In this document: positions 48,803 to 56,764 of the stretch, one piece after another
How the letters are laid out: each line of letters starts with the position of its first letter
How positions within the stretch are numbered: the stretch's first letter is position 1
Source: Candidatus Latescibacterota bacterium
Lineage (GTDB): Bacteria; Latescibacterota; UBA2968; GCA-2709665
Direction: 5' to 3'
Assembly: GCA_965116875.1 (NCBI GenBank)
Contig: OZ220733.1
Location: forward strand, 4,416,001-4,480,000
Length of the DNA stretch: 64,000 bases
The notes under the pieces: model-generated
Told to the model about the DNA's origin: nothing
Seen by the model: the letters and a program-made list of their open reading frames with translations, nothing else
Database searches by the model: none
Program-made: the position numbers and the translations under genes

Positions 48803-49138
48803 ATGAACGATCAAATTGGCATTCCCGTACGCATCGACGTGAAGCGGGACGACGGAGAGATGGAAATCGAGTGGCGGGGAGGCCGCGTCGACAGTCTGCC
48901 GCTTTCCGTGTTGCGGCGATGGTGTCCTTGCGCGTTGTGTTCGGACCGACGCGAACAACAGGCCAGGGGCAGGGGATTGCACATGCTGACACCCGGGGAG
49001 CGCGACGCAACGGCCGACGTTGCGGATGTGGTACCGGTGGGGCGGTACGCCATACAGATCAGGTGGGGAGACGGTCACGATACGGGAATCTATACGTACG
49101 ACTCCCTCAGAAGAATGGGTGAAGAGCAGACGGGGTGA
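48803..49138 (+). CDS. DUF971 / GBBH-N-like small Cys metal-binding protein
   Basis: LRRWCPCALC and VGRYAIQIRWGDGHDTGIYTYDSL motifs. Confidence 0.88.
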   Translation: MNDQIGIPVRIDVKRDDGEMEIEWRGGRVDSLPLSVLRRWCPCALCSDRREQQARGRGLHMLTPGERDATADVADVVPVGRYAIQIRWGDGHDTGIYTYDSLRRMGEEQTG

Positions 49139-49256
49139 ACGGCGCCGGCCGGATGCCGCCTGTTGCATCTGTATTTGACAGTGCCCGCATTGTGAAGTCA
49201 TATTTGGGGCATGGGAGACAAGGAACGCGGAGAATCCTCATTATCGGGAGAATGCC

Positions 49257-50180
49257 ATGGCTCGGTCCGTTGAAAGTGTTCCGGTTGCAGCTTCATCAAA
49301 GCGTCAAACGAAGCAGTTGCCTCAAAGGGTGTTGGGAAAAACCGGCGTGCGTGTGCCAATCCTTGGCTACGGATCGGCTCCCGGCGGAATCGGCATGGAT
49401 GACGATGAAGCCATTTCGCTCTGCCACGTGGCGATCGACCATGGCGTGACGTTCATCGATACTGCGCCAGGATACGGCCGTGCGCACCTTCAGTTGGGGC
49501 AGGTCATGGCCGGCCGCAGGGACGAGGTTTTCCTGGTTACCAAGACGCCGGCAGACGACGCGGACTCGGCGCTTTCGATGTTGGAGAAAGGCCTGAGAGA
49601 TCTGCAGACCGATCACGTCGACCTGGTCTATGTACATTCGATGGGTAATCGGGACGTAGACAGGGTGCTGGCTTCCAACGGCGCGCTCGAGGGCCTCAGG
49701 GAAGCGCGCCGCAGAGGTTGGACACGGTTTATCGGAGTGACGGCGCACAACGCGCCCTGGCGAACAGCCCGGGTATTGAAGGAAGCTGAAATCGACGTGG
49801 TAATGCTTGCCATGAACATCGCGGACCGATATACGTACAACTTCGAAAACGAAGTACTCCCGATTGCCTGTGAACAGGACGTTGGAGTTGCGGCAATGAA
49901 GGTCTATGGAGGGGCGTTGGACATGAAATACGACAATCCGGCGCCTTCGGCCCTGGCCGCGCACGGGCCGCACGATCATGAGGCGGCGCTGCGGTACGCG
50001 CTGGGGCTGCCCGGGGTCGGTACGGCGGTTGTGGGGGTGTTTTCGGAGGCCGAACTGTTGCAGAACGTGGAATTGGCACGGCGGATAACGCCGCTGGATG
50101 GAGCGGACAGCCTCGCTGCGGAGCGCATCGGACGGCAGGTGGCCGCAGACTGGGGACCGCATTACGGGGCGGTGGAATAG
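49257..50180 (+). CDS. aldo/keto reductase family protein
   Basis: RVLGKTG, IDTAPGYG, FLVTK, DHVDLVYVH and AAMKVYGG motifs. Confidence 0.9.
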   Translation: MARSVESVPVAASSKRQTKQLPQRVLGKTGVRVPILGYGSAPGGIGMDDDEAISLCHVAIDHGVTFIDTAPGYGRAHLQLGQVMAGRRDEVFLVTKTPADDADSALSMLEKGLRDLQTDHVDLVYVHSMGNRDVDRVLASNGALEGLREARRRGWTRFIGVTAHNAPWRTARVLKEAEIDVVMLAMNIADRYTYNFENEVLPIACEQDVGVAAMKVYGGALDMKYDNPAPSALAAHGPHDHEAALRYALGLPGVGTAVVGVFSEAELLQNVELARRITPLDGADSLAAERIGRQVAADWGPHYGAVE

Positions 50181-50196
50181 AAGGCGATCAGAGAAC

Positions 50197-51333
50197 ATGA
50201 TATCCAACTGCTATTCACGCGCGCGTTTCGGTATACCGGCGGTCTGCGCCCGGAGGGTTCATCGCGTCGTATGGCGCGTCATCGCTGGAGCAACTCTGTG
50301 CGCGTGCGGGGTTGACGAGGGGGGGTCGCCGCTGGGGAGTATCGCGCCCAGGTCCTTTGGCGCGGTCGGCCCCATGGTTGAACCCAGGCGGGACCACACG
50401 GCCACACGGCTGTCCGACGGTACCGTGTTGGTGGCCGGAGGGATACACGTGGTTACCGCGGGCGTCGAAGAGCCGCTGACGAGCGCAGAGGTCTTCGATC
50501 CGGTCACGGGGAGGTTCCGGCGAACCGGCGACCTGCCGGAAGGGCGCAGCGGGCACGTGGCCGCCCTGTTGAGTACGGGCAAGGTACTGATTGCCGGAGG
50601 AGGCCGGCAGGCACTGGTCCTGTACGATCCTGAATCCGGTACGTTCGCGGGCAGTTCGGCAGGCAGCAGAATCCAGCGCCCGAGTTCGGCGACGGCATTG
50701 CGGGACGGGAGGGTGCTGCTGCTGGGTAACCTGACCTTCCTGGCGGAGATTTACGACCCGGAATCAGACAGCATTGTTAAGACCCTCAACGTGGGCACAA
50801 GGCGCATTCAACAGACGGCGACGCTGCTCAACAGCGGAGACGTGCTCATCGCGGGCGGCGCCCGCAGTCTTGCCGAGTTGTTCATCGCCGCGAATGATTC
50901 CCTGGTTGCGTGGAGCGCCGGCCTGCAGGTCGTCAGATTCGGGCATACGGCAACGTTGCTGGAAGACGGACGGGTGCTGCTGGCAGGCGGCAGCGCGGAG
51001 TTCGGGGCAAGCGTGTTCAGCCCCGTGAGCAGCACGGAGACTTTCGATCCCAACCTCCCGTCATTCCGGGATCCGGGAAGCATGCAAACGCCGAGATTTG
51101 GACACTCGGCCACCCGGCTGCGTGACGGAAACGTGCTCATCGTCGGCGGTGCGGCGGCCGACGCGGAGATCTACGATCCCGATACGCGGGTCTTTCAGTT
51201 TGTCGGCGGTGACGCGGGCAGGATCAGAAGCGGCGCCACCGCCACCCTGCTGAACGACGGGCGGGTGCTCCTGGCCGGGGGTGTGGACGAGGAGTTCCTG
51301 TATCTCGAGCGTGCGCTGGTGTTCAATCCCTGA
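50197..51333 (+). CDS. Kelch-repeat beta-propeller (lipo)protein
   Basis: About 7 repeats of R..HTATLL.DG.VL.AGG...AE.YDP; LCAC lipobox candidate. Confidence 0.85.
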   Translation: MISNCYSRARFGIPAVCARRVHRVVWRVIAGATLCACGVDEGGSPLGSIAPRSFGAVGPMVEPRRDHTATRLSDGTVLVAGGIHVVTAGVEEPLTSAEVFDPVTGRFRRTGDLPEGRSGHVAALLSTGKVLIAGGGRQALVLYDPESGTFAGSSAGSRIQRPSSATALRDGRVLLLGNLTFLAEIYDPESDSIVKTLNVGTRRIQQTATLLNSGDVLIAGGARSLAELFIAANDSLVAWSAGLQVVRFGHTATLLEDGRVLLAGGSAEFGASVFSPVSSTETFDPNLPSFRDPGSMQTPRFGHSATRLRDGNVLIVGGAAADAEIYDPDTRVFQFVGGDAGRIRSGATATLLNDGRVLLAGGVDEEFLYLERALVFNP

Positions 51334-51371
51334 CCATACGGATATTGGAGGATACAGCACGACAGTACGCT

Positions 51372-53369
51372 ATGAGTCAGCCCGAGTCCCTCAATCACGT
51401 CCCGCTGTCGGAAGATTCCACGGCCTCCGCCGAGGAAGGATTGCGCGGAACCGTAATCGCCCTTTCGGTCGCAGTGCTGGTCTTCGCCTGTGTCGCCGCG
51501 ACGTTTCTGGAGTTCAGATCTCGCTCCGCACATATGGCCATGGCGAATCTGCCTCTGGCGGTGTTGCTTCCCTTTGTCGCGTGGCTATTTGCCAATACCC
51601 TGCTGAAGCGGTTTGTACCCTGGCTGTCCCTGACGTCGGCGGAGTTGAGGATGGCCCTGGGGATGCTCTGGGTGGGCGGTTCATTTGCCGGATACAACTG
51701 GATTACACAGTGGGTTGGCGCAATGGCGGCCCCCAGGTATTACGCCTCCCCGGAAAACAGATGGCGGGAGTTGATTTTCGACTATCTGCCCTGGTGGATG
51801 TTTCCGTCGGATTTTCCCGGCGTCACTGAAGGGTTTTTCCTGGGTTTCGAGAAGGGCGCCGGGGTGCCTTGGGGGGCATGGCTGGGACCTGTTTTCTGGG
51901 CGATGTCCGCCGGCGCCGCGATGACGGCGATCGGGGTGGGGCTGACGGCGGTGTTCCAGAAGCAGTGGGTCCGGCACGAACGGCTTACCTATCCACTGGC
52001 ACAGGTGCCGGTCGATCTGACGGAAGGCTTCGACCGGAAGCGTGGCTGGCCTCCGTTTGCGCGTCAGTGGTTGTTCTGGACAGGTTTTGCTATCTCAGCC
52101 GTTCCCCTCCTGTGGAATCTGATCGAGTACTGGAGTCCCGGATTTCCCCGGCTGGCGATTTTTGACGCGTACTATGGTCCAACCGGGCCCAGAGGCGCAG
52201 AGCTGTCCCGCTATCTTCAGCCGTTCTCCTACCGGATGTTGCCCACCGTCCTTGGCTTTACGTTCCTGTGCGATCTGGATATCCTGTTCAGCATATGGAC
52301 GTTGTGGCTGTCCGGACAGCTGGGCCTGTATGGCATGTCCCGGGTTGGATTCTCGGTGGGCCTCGCGGGGCAGGAAGCCAAGCCTTCGACCATTCTGGGC
52401 CTGTTCACGCACGGCGTCAGCATGGGCATGGTGGTCTGGACCCTCTGGGCCGCAAGGGGTCACCTGAAGCGTGTTTTTCGGCAGGTGGCGAGGCCGCGAA
52501 AACACGAAGAGCCGGAAACCGCGATTCTGTCTCCTCGCCTGGCCATGATTGCCATTCTGGCCGGCGGCATCTATATGGTTTTCTGGTTGAGCAGGGCGGG
52601 TTACAGCGTCACGGTGGGTTTGGCCTGGCTATTGCTGTTCTGGGCGAGTATCCTTGTTGTGATGAAATTCCTGGCCGCGAGCGGGTTCGCCTATCTGTTT
52701 CCCAGCTTTCCAACTTCGATCCTGAATATGACCGTGGGCGCGAACCGGATGAACGAATCCACGCTTGTGGGGCTGCGCCTCGTGAACTGGAGGCTGCTGG
52801 CAGGATGGCGGCTGCCGGCGGCGCTCCCTCACGTGGAACGTCTGGCCGGACGGCCGGGCCGTACGGGATGGGTCGTGGCTGTCAGCCTTGTCGTTGGCAT
52901 GCTGGCGGCGATCCTCTATACGGTCTCCATCTGTTACCAGGAGGGGGGAAGCACGTTTCGCACCTGGTCTCTGGTTGGCGCTCCGAGAGGGATGTACGAG
53001 GGTATCGCAAAAGCGGTTGCGGACACCGACCCCGAGGTTACCGATCCGGGAAAAATAAGCGTGTGGCTGCTCGGCGGCCTGACCGCGGGCGCCATACAGC
53101 TGATGCAGAGCCGGTTCTCCTGGTGGCCGTTTCATCCCCTGGGCGTCATGCTGATGTCGAGCGGGTACGTCCGGCTGTACGTGCTGGATATATTCCTGGT
53201 GTGGCTGGCCAAGTTGATGGTCCTCCGTTTTGGCGGTATTTCCCTGTACCGGCGCGTAAAACCGGTCTGTTACGGGTTGATTGTCGGGTACGTATTCGCT
53301 GTCGGGTGTTCCTTCCTGGTGGACCTGATCTGGTTTCCCGAGGGCGGCCACTATATTCACGGGTACTAG
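51372..53369 (+). CDS. DUF6785/DUF6784-type polytopic membrane protein (putative transporter), paralog 3
   Basis: YYASPENRW, KQWVRHERLTYPL, LDILFSIW and WWPFHPLG motifs. Confidence 0.75.
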   Translation: MSQPESLNHVPLSEDSTASAEEGLRGTVIALSVAVLVFACVAATFLEFRSRSAHMAMANLPLAVLLPFVAWLFANTLLKRFVPWLSLTSAELRMALGMLWVGGSFAGYNWITQWVGAMAAPRYYASPENRWRELIFDYLPWWMFPSDFPGVTEGFFLGFEKGAGVPWGAWLGPVFWAMSAGAAMTAIGVGLTAVFQKQWVRHERLTYPLAQVPVDLTEGFDRKRGWPPFARQWLFWTGFAISAVPLLWNLIEYWSPGFPRLAIFDAYYGPTGPRGAELSRYLQPFSYRMLPTVLGFTFLCDLDILFSIWTLWLSGQLGLYGMSRVGFSVGLAGQEAKPSTILGLFTHGVSMGMVVWTLWAARGHLKRVFRQVARPRKHEEPETAILSPRLAMIAILAGGIYMVFWLSRAGYSVTVGLAWLLLFWASILVVMKFLAASGFAYLFPSFPTSILNMTVGANRMNESTLVGLRLVNWRLLAGWRLPAALPHVERLAGRPGRTGWVVAVSLVVGMLAAILYTVSICYQEGGSTFRTWSLVGAPRGMYEGIAKAVADTDPEVTDPGKISVWLLGGLTAGAIQLMQSRFSWWPFHPLGVMLMSSGYVRLYVLDIFLVWLAKLMVLRFGGISLYRRVKPVCYGLIVGYVFAVGCSFLVDLIWFPEGGHYIHGY

Positions 53370-54143
53370 ATGGCAGATCGCGCGATGGATAGTCTGGCCA
53401 TTGACGTCTGCGGCGTGAGCAAGGTGTTCGAGAGTGACACCGGGCGGGTGGAGGCCTTGAGGGACGTGAAACTTCAGGTTCCCCAGGGCGTTTTCGTAAG
53501 CGCAGTCGGACCGTCCGGTTGTGGAAAGACCAGCCTGATGCGTATCGTGGGCGACCTGGAGGTTCCCACGTCCGGGACCGTTCGTGTGAACGGGAAGTTG
53601 CCCGCGGAAGCCAGGAAGGCCCGGGAAATCGGGGTGGTCTTTCAGAGTCCCGGGTTGCTGGGCTGGCGGACGGTGGAAGAGAACGTCGGGCTGCCTGGAG
53701 AGATATTCAACGATTCCAACGTGGCGGCCAGGGCCCGTGAAATGGTTCGAACGGTAGGCCTGGAGGGCTTCGAATCCGCCTATCCGAGGCAGCTGTCGGG
53801 GGGAATGCAGTCGCGGGTGGCCATCGCCAGGGCGCTGACGTACCGCCCCGACATATTGCTGATGGACGAACCGTTCGGCGCGCTGGACGAAATGACGCGA
53901 GAGCGCATGCAGCTGGAGTTGCTGCGCATCTGGAGGGGTACAAGACCGGCCGTGCTGTTTATTACACACAGCATCCCTGAGGCTGTTTTGCTATCGGATC
54001 GGGTGGTGGTGATGTCGCCACGTCCCGGCAGGCTGATTGGAGACGTGGCGGTGGATTTTCCAAGGCCCAGAAACGTGGGTTTGCTTTCTCATCCGCGTTT
54101 CGTCGAGATGGTGGCGCACCTGAGAGCCCTGATGGCGGGATAG
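53370..54143 (+). CDS. NitT/TauT-family ABC transporter ATP-binding protein
   Basis: GPSGCGKT, LSGGM, LLMDEPFGALD and FITHS motifs. Confidence 0.93.
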   Translation: MADRAMDSLAIDVCGVSKVFESDTGRVEALRDVKLQVPQGVFVSAVGPSGCGKTSLMRIVGDLEVPTSGTVRVNGKLPAEARKAREIGVVFQSPGLLGWRTVEENVGLPGEIFNDSNVAARAREMVRTVGLEGFESAYPRQLSGGMQSRVAIARALTYRPDILLMDEPFGALDEMTRERMQLELLRIWRGTRPAVLFITHSIPEAVLLSDRVVVMSPRPGRLIGDVAVDFPRPRNVGLLSHPRFVEMVAHLRALMAG

Positions 54144-54157
54144 CGGGAGTTCCGAAC

Positions 54158-54201
54158 CTTTATCAACGGACTGTTAGGGGCGCCTGGCATGAGGGGCGCC
54201 C
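54158..54201. repeat. orphan MITE end plus REP-like palindrome
   Basis: CTTTATCAACGGACTG (54158-54173) is identical to 1322-1337; followed by TTAG and GGGCGCC...GGCGCCC. Confidence 0.55.
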
Positions 54202-54232
54202 ACCCGCCGCCAGGGAGTACGAACCGTCGTGT

Positions 54233-55204
54233 TCATGGAGCCGGGGGAAGCATATCGGAAACGAAGAGCCCGGAAACGTCGATCTTGCGGTCGACCAGAC
54301 CCAGATCGAACAGAATATCCCGGGTGTGTGTCCACCGTTCGGCGGTCTGTGCGCCCAGCCCCAGGCGTTCCACGTCCGGGCTCATCAGGATGGGGATGAG
54401 CTTTTCGAAATTCGCCCGGTTGAATTCGGCGTCGCTTTCCGGGCGTTCGGCCATGTATGCCGCCACCGCGTCTTCCGGGTTATCAACGGCGTAGCGCCAG
54501 CCCTTCATGCTGGCGTGGACGAATTTTCGCGCAACGTCCGGGTTCTTCTTCAGGTAGTCGGCATTGACAATGATATTGGTGCTGTAGAGGTCGATGCCGT
54601 ATCGGGCAAAGGAGATTCGGGTTACCGCCCGACCCCGGAGTTCGACGGTTACCGGCTGATCTTCGGTATAACCCAGCATGGCGTCGACCTTGCCGGCAAG
54701 GAGCGGTGCGGGACTGGATTCCGTCATTCCCATTACCCGCACGCTGTCTTCATCGATACCCACCTTCTTCAGAAAAGCCTGAAATTCCCGGTGCTTCGTT
54801 CCTCCGATATTGACGCCGACCCGTTTGCCGATCAGATCCTCCGGTTTCCGGATGTTATTCTCTTCCAGCGCATACACCACAACCGGCGAATGCTGGTTGA
54901 TCACGGCGAGAGAGACCACGGGAATGTCCCTTGTGCGCGCGATCAGGGTGGCTGATCCGCTGGAAACCCCAAGCTGATACTTGCCGCTGCCGACGAGTCG
55001 CGCCGTTGTGGGCGCACCGGTACCTTCGAGAATCTCAACCGATATCCCCTCGGCTTCGTAGAATCCCTTTGCCTTCGCCGCGAAGAAACCGGCGTGTTCC
55101 ATCTGCGCTTTCCAGTCCAGAAGCAACTGGATGCGTTGTAGCGTCTCGGGTGGTTTGCCGCAGGCAACCAGAATTGCAAGGAACAGCCAGACAAGGCGGT
55201 TCAT
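54233..55204 (-). CDS. NMT1/THI5-like ABC substrate-binding lipoprotein
   Basis: Lipobox ILVAC; LDWKAQMEHAGFFAAKAKGFY; PEDLIGKRVG; FVHASMKGW. Confidence 0.88.
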   Translation of the reverse strand: MNRLVWLFLAILVACGKPPETLQRIQLLLDWKAQMEHAGFFAAKAKGFYEAEGISVEILEGTGAPTTARLVGSGKYQLGVSSGSATLIARTRDIPVVSLAVINQHSPVVVYALEENNIRKPEDLIGKRVGVNIGGTKHREFQAFLKKVGIDEDSVRVMGMTESSPAPLLAGKVDAMLGYTEDQPVTVELRGRAVTRISFARYGIDLYSTNIIVNADYLKKNPDVARKFVHASMKGWRYAVDNPEDAVAAYMAERPESDAEFNRANFEKLIPILMSPDVERLGLGAQTAERWTHTRDILFDLGLVDRKIDVSGLFVSDMLPPAP

Positions 55205-55239
55205 CGGATTCCCCCTGTTCACGATTCCGGATTGATGTT

Positions 55240-55459
55240 TAACCTCAGTTTGAAAAAAGACAACAGTCGAATTGGCCACAAAAAGCACAAAAGGCACAGG
55301 AGAGACCGGTGCCAATTGGGGTATCGAGGTCGTTCATAAGGATTGTATTTTCGATCACGTCCAGCGACTTGGTGTATCCTGGCAATCCGCAGTTTAATCG
55401 CCTTTGTCAACTTGCATATACTCGGTTTAACGTCCACGAAAACATACGAATAATAGTTA
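55240..55459. mobile_element. ~220-bp dispersed repeat/MITE-like element, copy 3 (diverged)
   Basis: Starts TAACCTCAGT and ends ATAATAGTTA; core 55354-55408 is 47/55 identical to copy 1; contains extra CCACAAAAAGCACAAAAGGCACA motif. Confidence 0.7.
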
Positions 55460-56248
55460 TCGCCGGAGCGGTTCGTGAAAATCGCCCCAACGCTTGAGCA
55501 GAAGTTTTTCCAGGCCTTCCACAATCAGGAAGAGGAGCGTACCCATCGCGCCAAGCACGATCAGCGCGGCGAACATGAGATCCGTAGCCAGCTCGGAGTT
55601 GGCCAGCCGCGTAAGGTGCCCCAGACCGGCGCTGGCGCCGACGAATTCTCCAACAACCGCACCGATCACACTCAGGGTGACACAGATTTTCAGGGCGGCG
55701 AAGAGATAGGGAATGGCGTGCGGCAGGCGGACTTTGATCAGTATCTGGCGGCGACCGGCGGAAAGCGCGCGCATCAGGTCCAGAATGAGCGGGTCCACGG
55801 ACAGGAGGCCGCGCGTGGTGTTGATTATGACTGGAAAGAAAGAAATGAGCGCGGCGATGACCACCTTGGGGAAGAGCCCGAGGCCGAACCAGACGATAAA
55901 CAGCGGGGCGAGCGCTTCTTTCGGAAAGGTCTGGGAGGAAATGACGATGGGGTACAACATCCGCTCGATGACCGGAGAGCGAGCCATGACGATGGCGCCT
56001 GCCACGCCCGTCCCGGCGCCGAGTAGAAACCCCCATAGCGCTTCCTGCAGCGTCACCCAGGCGTGGCCCAGGAGGGTGTATCGCGCGGAGATCAGTTTGC
56101 CGAAAATACGGGACGGCGCCGGGAGGATATAATCCGCGACGTCCCACGCATAGACCAGCAGTTCCCAGATACCAAGCGTGACGAACACGAAGACGAAGGA
56201 GAGGCCGTACTCCCGGATGAGAACTCTGACGACGTTTGCGAGAATCAC
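55457..56248 (-). CDS. NitT/TauT-family ABC transporter permease
   Basis: YILPAPS, APLFIVWFG, LPHAIPYLFAALK and IGAVVGEF...GLG motifs; GTG start overlapping the upstream TGA. Confidence 0.9.
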   Translation of the reverse strand: MILANVVRVLIREYGLSFVFVFVTLGIWELLVYAWDVADYILPAPSRIFGKLISARYTLLGHAWVTLQEALWGFLLGAGTGVAGAIVMARSPVIERMLYPIVISSQTFPKEALAPLFIVWFGLGLFPKVVIAALISFFPVIINTTRGLLSVDPLILDLMRALSAGRRQILIKVRLPHAIPYLFAALKICVTLSVIGAVVGEFVGASAGLGHLTRLANSELATDLMFAALIVLGAMGTLLFLIVEGLEKLLLKRWGDFHEPLRR

Positions 56249-56622
56249 TGCTCGAACAGAATGATCTGGGCCTGAATCGAGCCGGCCTGGTTCTGGTATT
56301 CGGGGTTTTCGTTCATTGCCATAAACAGCGGTCCTTCGTAGGGTGAGAAAAAGTCGAAATAGACTCCTGCCGCCATGGACGGGTTTTCCGGTCCGACCCT
56401 GCAGATCAGGGCGCCCACGTTGGCGCCTGGCAGAAGGTAGTCGCCTCCGGCCAGGAGGCCTTCGATTCCGTTCGCGCCGCACCAGGTGATGGTTGCAGGA
56501 CGCATCTCGGGCGACCAGATGCCTTCAGCGGATATGACGAGGCGCTGGCCCTCGCGAACCCGCAGATACATCTCCTGCCAGATTGCATTCGGCCGGATGG
56601 TCTTGTTGATGGTCAGCGGCAT
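56245..56622 (-). CDS. LecA/PA-IL-like lectin-fold protein (125 aa)
   Basis: Pattern G..L.I.AEG.WS...W.G..G...GALI.RVG...G.L....NE....Y.N..GS resembles PA-IL; no signal peptide. Confidence 0.6.
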   Translation of the reverse strand: MPLTINKTIRPNAIWQEMYLRVREGQRLVISAEGIWSPEMRPATITWCGANGIEGLLAGGDYLLPGANVGALICRVGPENPSMAAGVYFDFFSPYEGPLFMAMNENPEYQNQAGSIQAQIILFEQ

Positions 56623-56764
56623 CGGGACGTTTCCCTTTTCCGGGCATGAAACGGAAACCTGAATGGCAGGTACAAGATAGGACCTCTCAGCGCCAATGTC
56701 AAGGCGGGAGGTCCTCACGCAAGATCCCGTTGCGGAATCGGCCGGGACTTCGAAAGGCCGCACA

